Source: Gemmatimonadaceae bacterium
Lineage (GTDB): Bacteria; Gemmatimonadota; Gemmatimonadetes; Gemmatimonadales; Gemmatimonadaceae
Assembly (NCBI GenBank): GCA_045804285.1
Contig: JBJMNL010000240.1
Location: 5,821 to 69,820 of the forward strand
Direction: 5' to 3'
Length of the DNA: 64,000 bases
Shown here: one piece after another, positions 9,241 through 17,694 of the stretch
Layout: each line of letters starts with the position of its first letter
Numbering within the stretch: the stretch's first letter is position 1
The notes under the pieces: model-generated
What the model saw: only the letters and a program-made list of their open reading frames with translations
What the model was told of the DNA's origin: nothing
The model's database searches: none
Program-made: the position numbers and the translations under genes

Positions 9241-10211
9241 GGGCTCTCGATCTTGGACAGTACCCGCTGCACGATCGTGTCGCCCGTGACCTCCTCGGCC
9301 TCGGCCTCGTAGGTCGTCACGACGCGGTGGCGGAGGACGTCGGGGGCGATCGCCTTCACGTCGTCCGGCGTCACGAAGGAGCGCCCGCGGAGGAAGGCGT
9401 GGGCGCGCGACGCCTGGGCGAGCGCGATCGTGGCGCGCGGGCTGGCGCCGAACTCGATCAGCGGCACCAGGTCCTTGAGCCCCGCGTCGGCCGGCGAGCG
9501 CGTCGCGTGCACGATCTCGACGATGTAGTCGACGATGCGCTCGTCCATGTACAGCTCGGCGATGTGCCGCCGCGCCTCCATGATCGCCTCCGGACGCGCC
9601 ACGTGCTGCACCGGGATCGCCTCCCCGCCGGCCATCCGGCGCATGATCTCCTTCTCCTCCTCACGCGTCGGGTAGCCCACCCGCAGCTTGAGCATGAAGC
9701 GGTCGACCTGGGCCTCGGGGAGCGGGTAGGTGCCTTCCTGCTCGATCGGGTTCTGCGTCGCCAGCACGAGGAACGGCTCCTCGAGCTTGAACGTCGTCCC
9801 GCCGATCGTCACCTGCTTCTCCTGCATCGCCTCGAGCAGCGCCGCCTGCACCTTCGCGGGGGCGCGGTTGATCTCGTCGGCGAGAATGATGTTGGCGAAG
9901 ATCGGCCCCCTCTTGACCGAGAACTGCCCGTTCGACTGGTCGTAGACCTGCGTGCCGAGGACGTCGGCGGGGAGCAGGTCGGGGGTGAACTGGATGCGCT
10001 GGAACGTCGTGTCGATGGTCTCGGCGAGCGTCCGGACCGTCAGCGTCTTCGCCAGGCCAGGCACCCCCTCGAGGAGGACGTGGCCGCCCGTGAGCAGCGA
10101 GATGAGCAGCCGCTCGATCATGTATTCCTGCCCCACGACGCGCCGTCCGACCTGGCGGAGGACGTTCTGCACGAGGGCCGTGTCGGCGGCCGGCGAGACC
10201 TGTGTTGCCAC
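9237..10211 (-). CDS. MoxR-family AAA+ ATPase
   Basis: Walker A region reads HVLLEGVPGLAKT and Walker B reads NIILADEINRAPAKVQAALLEAMQE. GTG start has a GGAG located 9 nt upstream. Confidence 0.95.
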   Translation of the reverse strand: MATQVSPAADTALVQNVLRQVGRRVVGQEYMIERLLISLLTGGHVLLEGVPGLAKTLTVRTLAETIDTTFQRIQFTPDLLPADVLGTQVYDQSNGQFSVKRGPIFANIILADEINRAPAKVQAALLEAMQEKQVTIGGTTFKLEEPFLVLATQNPIEQEGTYPLPEAQVDRFMLKLRVGYPTREEEKEIMRRMAGGEAIPVQHVARPEAIMEARRHIAELYMDERIVDYIVEIVHATRSPADAGLKDLVPLIEFGASPRATIALAQASRAHAFLRGRSFVTPDDVKAIAPDVLRHRVVTTYEAEAEEVTGDTIVQRVLSKIESP

Positions 10212-10376
10212 GCGATCAGCTCCGTTGAGTGGTTCGGTTCATAAGTAACCGCGGCGAGCCCGGGCGTTTCAAGTTCGGGGCCGGCCGGCAGAGGGCGACT
10301 CCTCCCGTACACGCAGCATGGCGCTGGTGTTCGGGAACGGGTCGCATGGATTCGGCGCGAGTCCGGCGCGCGCCTC

Positions 10377-10409
10377 GTGCTACCTTCCCGGCGGGGGGCC
10401 CCCCGCGCC
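10377..10409 (-). repeat. Conserved G-run/C-run element just downstream of the rluB stop
   Basis: GTGCTACCTTCCCGGC GGGGGG CCCCCC GCGCC. The first 15 nt are identical to 58393-58407, and related copies occur at 16031 and 40704. Confidence 0.7.
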
Positions 10410-10453
10410 CGGCGGTCCGCCGGCAGCGGACACCCGGCCGCGCCCGGCGGCGC

Positions 10454-11506
10454 TCACCCCCGCCGCGCCAGCTCCACGATCTCCCGCTGCTCCTTCGCCG
10501 TCAGCGCGCGCGTCTTCCCCGCCGGCAGCGAGCCGAGCTGCACCGGGCCGAAGCGGGTGCGCACGAGGCGCTCGACGTCGAGCCCCAGCGCCTCGCAGAG
10601 GCGGCGGATCTCGCGCGTCCGCCCCTCGGCGATCGTGACGAGGAGCTCCCAGCGCCCCTTGCCCAGCGGCGCGGCGTCGACGTCCCGCGGCACGACCAGA
10701 CCGTCCTCGAGCTCGACGCCGCGCCGCGCCTGCCGCACCGCGCCCGGGGCGTCGCCGCGCACCGTCGCGATGTAGGTGCGCTCGACCTCCCGGCTCGGGT
10801 GCGTCAGCGCGTGCGCCGCCGCGCCATCGGTCGTGAGCAGGAGGACGCCCTCGGTCATGTAGTCCAGGCGTCCGACGTACGTGAGTCCCGGCGTCTCCGG
10901 GACGAGCGAGAAGACCGTCGGACGCCCGGCCGGGTCGGCGCGCGTGGTCAGCACCCCGGCCGGCTTGTGAAGGACGATCCAGGTCGCGCGCTCGGCGGGC
11001 GCGCCCACGACGCTCCCGTCGACCGCGATCGCGTCGCGCTCCGGGTCCACCACCTGGCCGGTGCGCGCCACCTCGCCGTTCACCGTCACGCGACCCGCCG
11101 CCACCAGCTCCTCGGCGTGGCGGCGCGAGGCGACGCCGGCGCGGGCGAGCGCGCGCTGGATGCGCATCGGCTCGCCGGCACCGGTCGTCTTCGGAGGGCG
11201 CGGCGCGTCCCGGCGTGGGGCCTCGCGGCGCGGGGCCTCCCCCCGCGGGGCGTCGCGGCGGGGGGCGTCCGCGCGGGACGCGGAGCGCGCGCCGCGGGAG
11301 GCCGGGGCGGGACCGCCCCGCCCCGACCCGCGCTCGGGATCTCCGCGGCCCCGTCCGCCGCGCTCCCGATCGCCCCCCCCCGACCGTTGGTCGTCCCGGC
11401 GCCCGGCGCCCGGCCCGCGAGCTGGCGCGCCGCGCCCCTCGCTCCGCACTCCGCGCCGGTCGTCGCCGCGCCCACCGCCCCGCGCGCCCGATCCGCGCCC
11501 CTTCAT
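10454..11506 (-). CDS. rluB: 23S rRNA pseudouridine synthase (RluB/RsuA family) with an Arg/Gly-rich N-terminal extension
   Basis: S4 domain reads MRIQRALARAGVASRRHAEELVAAGRVTVNG. Catalytic motif reads YVGRLDYMTEGVLLLT. ATG at 11506 overlaps the scpB stop (ATGA). An alternative internal start at 11167 would remove the 113-aa RG-rich extension. Confidence 0.85.
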   Translation of the reverse strand: MKGRGSGARGGGRGDDRRGVRSEGRGAPARGPGAGRRDDQRSGGGDRERGGRGRGDPERGSGRGGPAPASRGARSASRADAPRRDAPRGEAPRREAPRRDAPRPPKTTGAGEPMRIQRALARAGVASRRHAEELVAAGRVTVNGEVARTGQVVDPERDAIAVDGSVVGAPAERATWIVLHKPAGVLTTRADPAGRPTVFSLVPETPGLTYVGRLDYMTEGVLLLTTDGAAAHALTHPSREVERTYIATVRGDAPGAVRQARRGVELEDGLVVPRDVDAAPLGKGRWELLVTIAEGRTREIRRLCEALGLDVERLVRTRFGPVQLGSLPAGKTRALTAKEQREIVELARRG

Positions 11507-12045
11507 AGCGGTTTCGGCTCCACGCGCAGCGCGATCGCCAGCTCGTCGGCGCGCGGCAGCTCCTCGAGGTGGCGGAGCGCGAACTGCTCGAGGAAGACGG
11601 GCGTCGTCCCGTAATGCAGGGGGCGTCCGAGCCCCTCGCCGCGCCCCACGACGTCGATCAGCCCGCGCTCGTGGAGCGACTTGAGGATCGAGCCGACGGC
11701 GACGCCGCGGATCTCCTCGATCTCGGCGCGCCCGATCGGCTGCCGGTAGGCGATGATGGCGAGCGTCTCGAGCGCCGCCGCCGACAGCCGCTGCGGGCGC
11801 GACGCGAGCTGCGCGCGCTCGATCGCCTCGGTGTACTCGGCGCGCGTCAGGATCTGCCAGCCGCCCCCCACTTCCACGAGCTCGACGCCGTGGCCGTCCA
11901 CGTCGTAGTGCTCGCGGATCTCGTCGAGCGCCGCGGTCACGGCGCCACGCGGCGCGTCGGGATCGAGCGCGGCGAGCTCCTCGATCGGGATCGGGCGTGC
12001 GCTCGCGAAGAGCGCGGCCTCAAGCAGCTTCGCCAGCGATGTCAC
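11503..12045 (-). CDS. scpB: Segregation and condensation protein B
   Basis: From GTG at 12045 it reads VTSLAKLLEAALFASARPIPIEEL .. LSAAALETLAIIAYRQPIGRAEIEEIRGV. It overlaps the scpA 3' end by 26 nt. Confidence 0.85.
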   Translation of the reverse strand: MTSLAKLLEAALFASARPIPIEELAALDPDAPRGAVTAALDEIREHYDVDGHGVELVEVGGGWQILTRAEYTEAIERAQLASRPQRLSAAALETLAIIAYRQPIGRAEIEEIRGVAVGSILKSLHERGLIDVVGRGEGLGRPLHYGTTPVFLEQFALRHLEELPRADELAIALRVEPKPL

Positions 12046-12796
12046 GCGTGATCTCCACGGAAGCGAATGGGTGGGGCTGGGCGAGCCGGCACTCGCCGAG
12101 CTTCGCCATCTCGAGCAGCGCGAGCAGCACCGAGAGCACCTGCCAGGGCTCGGCGTCGGCGGCGACGACGTCGCTCCACCGCGCACGGGCGCGCAGCTCG
12201 AGCACGCCGCGCACCGTCGTGATCGCGCCGGCGACGTCGAGCGCCCGCGGCACGACCGTGTGCACGGTCGGCTCCTTGGCCACGCGCAGGATGCGGTCGA
12301 CGGCACCCAGCAGCTCGGAGAGCGACAGCGCGAGCGGCGCCGCGGCGGCCGACGGGCCGCTCGGCTGCGGCAGGTAGGCGCGCGCGAACCGGTTGCGCCG
12401 CTGCTCGCCGAGCTTCTCGAGGACGTCCACGACCTCGCGCATCTGCTGGTACTCGAGCAGGCGCCGCACGAGCTCGGAGCGCGGGTCCTCCCACTGCTCC
12501 TCGCTCTCCGGGCGCGGGAGGAGCATCTGCGCCTTGATGCGCAGCAGACGCGCCGCCATCTCCAGATAGTCGGCCGCCTCGTCGAGCCCGAGCGAGTGGA
12601 CGCGCGCCAGGAACTGCTTGGCGACCCTCGCGATCGGGATGTCGTAGATGTCGACCTTCTCGTCGCGGATGAGCGCCAGCAGGAGGTCGAGCGGCCCGGA
12701 ATAGTGCGCGAGCTCGACGACGAACGACGGCGCCGGCGTGGCGTCGCCCGCCTCGGGGGAGGGGGGCGCGAAGCGGGTCAGGTCGGGGGCGGCCAT
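12020..12796 (-). CDS. scpA: Segregation and condensation protein A
   Basis: Start MAAPDLTRF at 12796. Motifs read FSGPLDLLLALIRDEKVDIYDIPIARV and YLEMAARLLRIKAQMLLP. The track ORF extends upstream through the M50 gene in another frame. Confidence 0.9.
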   Translation of the reverse strand: MAAPDLTRFAPPSPEAGDATPAPSFVVELAHYSGPLDLLLALIRDEKVDIYDIPIARVAKQFLARVHSLGLDEAADYLEMAARLLRIKAQMLLPRPESEEQWEDPRSELVRRLLEYQQMREVVDVLEKLGEQRRNRFARAYLPQPSGPSAAAAPLALSLSELLGAVDRILRVAKEPTVHTVVPRALDVAGAITTVRGVLELRARARWSDVVAADAEPWQVLSVLLALLEMAKLGECRLAQPHPFASVEITRDIAGEAA

Positions 12797-12801
12797 GCTG
12801 G

Positions 12802-13491
12802 TCACCGCAGCCACTGGCCGATGCCGGGCAGGAGGAGGCCGGCATGCTGCAATGCGCCGAGGACCGACGTCGCGACCGCGATGGCGGGGGTCATCCACCA
12901 GCCGAGGAGGCGGGTGTTGAGCAGGACGATCAGGATCACGATGCCGAAGAAGCCGATCCGCTGGTATTGCAGCGACACGGCCGGCGGCAGCAGGTACTTG
13001 ACCACGTGAGAGCCATCGAGCGGGGGGATCGGGAGCAGGTTGAACAGGATCAGGCTCAAGTTGACCCACACGCCGTAGAAGAGCATCGCCTGCAGGAGGG
13101 CCGACACCCCGCCGCCCGCCGGCGACCCGCGGCCGGCGACGCCGACGAGCGCCATCAGCAGCGCGCAGCAGATCGCGATCAGCAGGTTGGCCGCCACCCC
13201 GGCGAGGGAGACGAGGATGTCGCCGCGCTTGTAGTTGCGATAGTTGCGCGGGTTCACGGGGACCGGCTTCGCCCCGCCGAGCACCGGCCCGTTGGTGAGC
13301 AGGAGCAGCGCCGGCAGCAGCACCGTCATCCACGGATCGACGTGCTTGATCGGGTTCCACGTCAGGCGCCCGAGCTGCTTCGCCGTCGGGTCGCCCTGCG
13401 AGAGCGCGGCGTAGCCGTGGGCGATCTCGTGCGCGATCACGGAGAGGAGCAGGACCGGCGCGACGAGGAGGATGGTCTCGAGACGGGCCAA
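12802..13491 (-). CDS. Site-2 protease family (M50) membrane metalloprotease
   Basis: HEIAHG zinc motif in the first TM helix and a polytopic hydrophobic profile. GAKPVPVNPRNY is typical of small bacterial M50 proteins. Confidence 0.8.
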   Translation of the reverse strand: MARLETILLVAPVLLLSVIAHEIAHGYAALSQGDPTAKQLGRLTWNPIKHVDPWMTVLLPALLLLTNGPVLGGAKPVPVNPRNYRNYKRGDILVSLAGVAANLLIAICCALLMALVGVAGRGSPAGGGVSALLQAMLFYGVWVNLSLILFNLLPIPPLDGSHVVKYLLPPAVSLQYQRIGFFGIVILIVLLNTRLLGWWMTPAIAVATSVLGALQHAGLLLPGIGQWLR

Positions 13492-13653
13492 CGGATGCGG
13501 TTCGGCGAGGGACCGGCGAGCCGCGCGACCCCGGGCCGCGCCGCCGAAGGGCGAGGAGCGGACGCGGGCGCGGCCAGGTCGGGAGGTCCGGAAAGCTAGC
13601 CGCGGCGGCAGCCCAGGTCAAACCCGCCCGATGCGCCAAATCGATGTCGTGCC

Positions 13654-13682
13654 TTGACATCGACCCCGTGCAATCCTAGCTT
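13654..13682 (+). promoter_or_regulatory. Candidate sigma70-type promoter for rpsT
   Basis: TTGACA (13654-13659), a 17-nt spacer, then TAGCTT (13677-13682), about 50 nt upstream of the rpsT GTG. This is a sequence match only. Confidence 0.35.
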
Positions 13683-13731
13683 CCCGGGCTCGCGATCCGC
13701 GCGAGACCATGCATTTTCCTGGAGATTGATC

Positions 13732-13977
13732 GTGCCGAACATTGCCTCCGCAAAGAAGAACATGCGGAAGTCGCGCGCCGCTCAGGCGCGCAATCGCGCG
13801 CAGCGCTCGGCGCTGCGCACCGCCCTCAAGAAGGCCAGGGTCGAGGGCGCGTCGGCCGACGAGCGTACGAAGGCAGTATCCCTGCTCGACCGCGCCGCTC
13901 GGAAGGGGCTGATCCACAAGAACGCCGCCGCGCGCCAGAAGAGCAAGCTCGCCAAGCGCGCCGCCAAGGCCTCCTGA
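13732..13977 (+). CDS. rpsT: 30S ribosomal protein S20
   Basis: VPNIASAKKNMRKSRAAQARNRAQRSALRTALKK .. LIHKNAAARQKSKLAKR. GTG at 13732 has GGAGA 7 nt upstream. Confidence 0.95.
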   Translation: MPNIASAKKNMRKSRAAQARNRAQRSALRTALKKARVEGASADERTKAVSLLDRAARKGLIHKNAAARQKSKLAKRAAKAS

Positions 13978-14108
13978 AGGCCTCCTGAGGCCTTCTGACG
14001 AATCGCACCCCGGCGCCACGGCGACGGGTGACGACCCCGCAGCAAGACGAAAGAGCACGCCCGCGGTCGATCGCGGTGGACGTCCGAAGTAGAAGTAGAT
14101 GTCTGAAC

Positions 14109-14152
14109 GGCGAGAGGGCCGGCCCCAGTCGGGGCCGGCCCTCTCGCCGTTT
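14109..14152. terminator. Bidirectional intrinsic terminator between the convergent rpsT and zinc-ribbon genes
   Basis: Perfect 18-bp stem GGCGAGAGGGCCGGCCCC / GGGGCCGGCCCTCTCGCC, loop AGTC, followed by GTTT. Confidence 0.7.
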
Positions 14153-14181
14153 CGCCGCGGCCGACCGCGCCGCGGCCGCCG

Positions 14182-15255
14182 TCACATCGCGGCGAGCTCG
14201 CCGCCGCAGCGCTCGCAGTACCACTCGGTCGGATAGTTCATCGTCCCGCACTCCTGGCACTTGAGCGTCTTCACCTGCTCCGACGGCACGTCCTTGAGGA
14301 ACGCCGGCACCGAGTTGCTCAGGCGACGCCGGTCCTCCACCGGCGGGTACTCGGTGGGGGCGAGCGGGGTCGAGGGGATCGACGGCTGGGTCGGGCGGCG
14401 CGGCGCCGCCGCGGGCGCCGCCGGACGCGGGGCGCTCTGCGCGGCGCTCTCGAGGTCGGCCGCCATCATCGCGCCCAGCTCGTCGGCCAGCGACCGTGTC
14501 CCCTCGGCCGGGGCCGAGCCTGCGGGCGGACGCGCGGGCCCCGCCGGCGCCGCCGGCGGGCGGGCGCCGTCACGCGAATCGACCACCGACTTGAGAAACG
14601 CCAGCTCGTCGAAGTCGCCGGGACCCGAGCCTCCCGGGGCCGGGACGGGCGCGGCAGCTGCTGCTGCCGGCGGCGGGGGTGGCGCCGCCGCACGCGGGGC
14701 GGCGAACGACGGCGGCGGGAACGACGGCGGCGCGGCCTTCGGTGCCGGCGCGGCTGGCGCCGCCGGTTCGGTCACGGCGAGCGCCGACTCGGGAGGCGTC
14801 AGCGCGTCCGACTTCTTCGTCGCCTGGACGAGCAGCTCCTGCACCTGCGTCAGCTCGCCGTCCACCTCCGCCCGCATCGTCTCGATGCGCGAGAGCTCCT
14901 CGCTGCTCTTCTGGCTGATGTCCGCCCACTGCTCGGGCGTGAACTCCCCGACGGCGGCCCGAAGCTCGGCCTCGGCCCGCTCGTCGCGCCGCGCGGTCTC
15001 CTCCTCGCGCAGCGTCGCCACCTTCGACGTGAGCCGGCTCACCGTCGACTCGAGCTCCGACGAGCGGCCGGCGAGCTGCTCCATGACCGCGGTCAGCCGC
15101 TTCTCGTAGTCCGCGCGCACCCGGGCGTACACGTGTGGCGGTGTCGCGTCGCGGCGCGTCTCGAGCGTCGCGATCCAGCTCTCGTAGCGCTGGCGCTCCG
15201 CGAGCAGGGCAGTGATGGCATCCATGGGGTTCGCGTCCGTCGTCGGGCTCGTCAT
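14182..15255 (-). CDS. Coiled-coil / Pro-Ala-rich protein with a C-terminal zinc ribbon
   Basis: 357 aa. The N-terminal ~150 aa are heptad-rich helix, followed by a long PA-rich linker. The C-terminus reads KCQECGTMNYPTEWYCERCGGEL (CxxC..CxxC). Confidence 0.6.
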   Translation of the reverse strand: MTSPTTDANPMDAITALLAERQRYESWIATLETRRDATPPHVYARVRADYEKRLTAVMEQLAGRSSELESTVSRLTSKVATLREEETARRDERAEAELRAAVGEFTPEQWADISQKSSEELSRIETMRAEVDGELTQVQELLVQATKKSDALTPPESALAVTEPAAPAAPAPKAAPPSFPPPSFAAPRAAAPPPPPAAAAAAPVPAPGGSGPGDFDELAFLKSVVDSRDGARPPAAPAGPARPPAGSAPAEGTRSLADELGAMMAADLESAAQSAPRPAAPAAAPRRPTQPSIPSTPLAPTEYPPVEDRRRLSNSVPAFLKDVPSEQVKTLKCQECGTMNYPTEWYCERCGGELAAM

Positions 15256-15301
15256 GCACTCCTCCCCCCACCGCCACTCGGGACGGCGAGGCCATACTCG
15301 G

Positions 15302-15991
15302 CTAGGCCGGCGGTCGCGAGCCGGCCAGGCTCGCGGCGCGCGCGGCGGTCAGCGCGTCGACCTGGTCAGGGGTCAACGCGTTCACCCGCCCGAGCGTCCG
15401 GGCGGTCAGAATGATTCGCGCCGCATGTTCAAGACTTTCCATGCGTTGGTGCGCAACGACGAGCGTCGGCCCGACCGTGGTCGCGCCGTGGCTCGCCATG
15501 AGAAAGGCGTCGTGTCGCGCCACGTACGGCTCGAACGCCTCGGCGACCGCGGGGGTCCCAGGCATCGCGTACGGCACGAGCGGCACGCCGCCCATCTGAT
15601 AAATAATCTCCGGCAGCACTCCGGTCAGGAAGTCCTCACCCGCCAGCGCGAATCCGGTCGCCACGGGGGGATGCGCGTGGACCACCGCGCACACGTCCCG
15701 CCGCCGCTCGTAGATCCGCAGGTGCATCCCCACCTCCGACGACGGCTCGAGCGTTCCCTCCACCCGCCTCCCGTCGAGCGTCAGCACGACGAGCGACTCC
15801 GGGGTCACGTCCACCTTCGAGAGCCCCGCCGGCGTCACGAGCAGCCGGTCGGCACCCAGTCGCACCGAGACGTTGCCGTCCTGGCCGGCGATGAGCCCGC
15901 GCTCGTAGAGCCGCGCGCACACACGCACCACCTCGCGCCTGAGCCCCGCCTCGGAGGTCACGCCTCCCTGCCCCGCGCGCGAGACCGGCAC
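15302..15991 (-). CDS. Class II aldolase/adducin-family protein (fuculose-phosphate aldolase-like)
   Basis: GQDGNVSVRL .. LLVTPAGLSK .. EVGMHLRIY .. AVVHAHPP .. ASHGATTVG motifs. The exact start is uncertain. Confidence 0.8.
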   Translation of the reverse strand: MPVSRAGQGGVTSEAGLRREVVRVCARLYERGLIAGQDGNVSVRLGADRLLVTPAGLSKVDVTPESLVVLTLDGRRVEGTLEPSSEVGMHLRIYERRRDVCAVVHAHPPVATGFALAGEDFLTGVLPEIIYQMGGVPLVPYAMPGTPAVAEAFEPYVARHDAFLMASHGATTVGPTLVVAHQRMESLEHAARIILTARTLGRVNALTPDQVDALTAARAASLAGSRPPA

Positions 15992-16030
15992 CGGGCGCGA
16001 TGGAACGGTGACGCCGCCCGCCCGCTCCGG

Positions 16031-16067
16031 GCGTAGCGTCCCGGTGGGGGGGCCCCCCCGCCGCGCC
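16031..16067 (-). repeat. G7/C7 run element downstream of the plug-protein stop
   Basis: GCGTAGCGTCCCGGT GGGGGGG CCCCCCC GCCGCGCC. Same core as the elements at 10377 and 58393. Confidence 0.6.
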
Positions 16068-16070
16068 CCC

Positions 16071-17567
16071 TCACCGCTTCGTCCAGATCAGCACCGTGCC
16101 GCAGCCGTTGCTCTGCGTCGCGAACTGCCCCGGCACCGATCCCGAGCCGCTGTACACCTCGATCCCCGCCACCTCGCTCGGCCGCACCAGCTCGTCGATG
16201 TCCCGGGCCCCGTCGTACACCGGCAGCCCGTCGATGAAGACGCTCGGCGAGCAGCCGCCGCGCCCCTGGATGCTGTAGCCGAACCCGTTGGGTCGGACCT
16301 GGATGCCGCTCGTCATCCGCAACGCGTCGGTGAGCTGGATGGGGTTCCGCTTCTCGATGTCCTCGGCGGTGAGATACTTCCCCATCCCGGTCCGGCTCCG
16401 CTCGAGGAAGCCGGTGATGTCGCGCGTCCGCCGGCTCTCCTTCCCGAGCACCGTGACCGGCGCGAGCACGTCGGCCCGTCGCTGGAGCGTCACGCGGGCG
16501 GCGGCGCTCGCGCCGCTCCGCAGCGTCACCGGGACGCTCGCCGGCTCGTAGCCGATCGCACGCACTTCGAGCGCCCGCGTCCCGGCGGGGAGCCCGCCGA
16601 GCGCGAACGTCCCCGTCTCGGAGGTCACCGTCGTCACGGCGGCGCCGCGGACGCCGACGTTGGCGCGCACGACGGGGCGCCCACCGGCGTCGCGCACCGT
16701 TCCCGCCACACGCGCCGACCCGCGCAGCTTCCGCTCGCCCGCCGAGTCCGTCGGCGCCGCCACCGCCGACGTCGAGTCGGCGAGGGCGAAGTCGAGCCGC
16801 CGCATCTCCCCGGCGCGCAGGTTGAGGTCGACGATCCCGCTCCGCCGCCCGCCCGGCGCGTCGGCGTCGGCGTCGAGCGCGATGTCGCTCGGCAGCCCGC
16901 AGACGATGTAGAAGCCGCTGGGGCGGGGCCGCGCCGGCACGCGGCGCTTCAGCACGCGCACCCCTCCCTCGTCCACGCGCAGCTCGCTCCAGGTGAGCAC
17001 GATCCGGCTCTCGCCCACGCCGTCGCCGCGGTCGGCGTCGCGGACCCACCCGACCAGCGTGGCGCTCGTGTCGCCGCGGGGCAGCTCGCTACAGAAAGCC
17101 GCGTGCAGCTGGGCCGGCGAGGGCACCGCCAGGTCGAGCGTCGTCACGGGCTCCCCCCCCACCTCCACGCGCTGCAACGGCGCCTCGATCTCCAGCGAGT
17201 CGAGCACCGGGTGGAAGAAGCCCGCGAGGTATCGTCCCGGGCGCATGCCGGTGATCGCGTAGTGGCCGGCCGAGTCGGTGATGGCCGAGTAGCCGCCCGC
17301 GCGGCTCGAATCGTCGCGCACGAGCTGCACCGCCGCGCCGGCGAGCGGCGCGCCGGCGAGGCTGTCGTACACGACGCCGGTCACGGTCGGCGCGGCGGCC
17401 GACGGCGCGGGTGCGGAGCTATCGCGGGGGGCAGGCTTGCCCGCCGCCGGCGCGCGGGGCGCGGGCCTGGCGGGGGCGGGTTTCCTGACTTGCGCGGGGG
17501 CCGCGGTGGCGGCGCCGGCGACGAGCAGCACGCCGACGACGGCGGCGGCGAGATGACGCGGACGCAT
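16071..17567 (-). CDS. Secreted CarboxypepD_reg-like domain protein with a TonB-dependent-receptor plug-like C-terminus (no barrel)
   Basis: Signal peptide is followed by two GxVxDxxGxPxxxAxV beta-sandwich repeats. A plug-like region reads LTDALRMTSGIQV .. SVFIDGLPVY .. IEVYSGS. Confidence 0.65.
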   Translation of the reverse strand: MRPRHLAAAVVGVLLVAGAATAAPAQVRKPAPARPAPRAPAAGKPAPRDSSAPAPSAAAPTVTGVVYDSLAGAPLAGAAVQLVRDDSSRAGGYSAITDSAGHYAITGMRPGRYLAGFFHPVLDSLEIEAPLQRVEVGGEPVTTLDLAVPSPAQLHAAFCSELPRGDTSATLVGWVRDADRGDGVGESRIVLTWSELRVDEGGVRVLKRRVPARPRPSGFYIVCGLPSDIALDADADAPGGRRSGIVDLNLRAGEMRRLDFALADSTSAVAAPTDSAGERKLRGSARVAGTVRDAGGRPVVRANVGVRGAAVTTVTSETGTFALGGLPAGTRALEVRAIGYEPASVPVTLRSGASAAARVTLQRRADVLAPVTVLGKESRRTRDITGFLERSRTGMGKYLTAEDIEKRNPIQLTDALRMTSGIQVRPNGFGYSIQGRGGCSPSVFIDGLPVYDGARDIDELVRPSEVAGIEVYSGSGSVPGQFATQSNGCGTVLIWTKR

Positions 17568-17600
17568 GATCTGGATCGCGGGGTGACGGGGCTCGGGCCG

Positions 17601-17648
17601 GACGGAGCGCGGCCCCGCGTCATATGGCGCGCGGGGCCGCGCTCCGTC
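17601..17648 (-). terminator. Hairpin downstream of pyrC
   Basis: 19-bp arms GACGGAGCGCGGCCCCGCG / CGCGGGGCCGCGCTCCGTC around a CATATG-centred loop. There is no clear U-tract. Confidence 0.5.
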
Positions 17649-17694
17649 AAGTCGGCGGCGAACGATCGGGAGCCGGTGCGGCCGGGCAGGCCGC

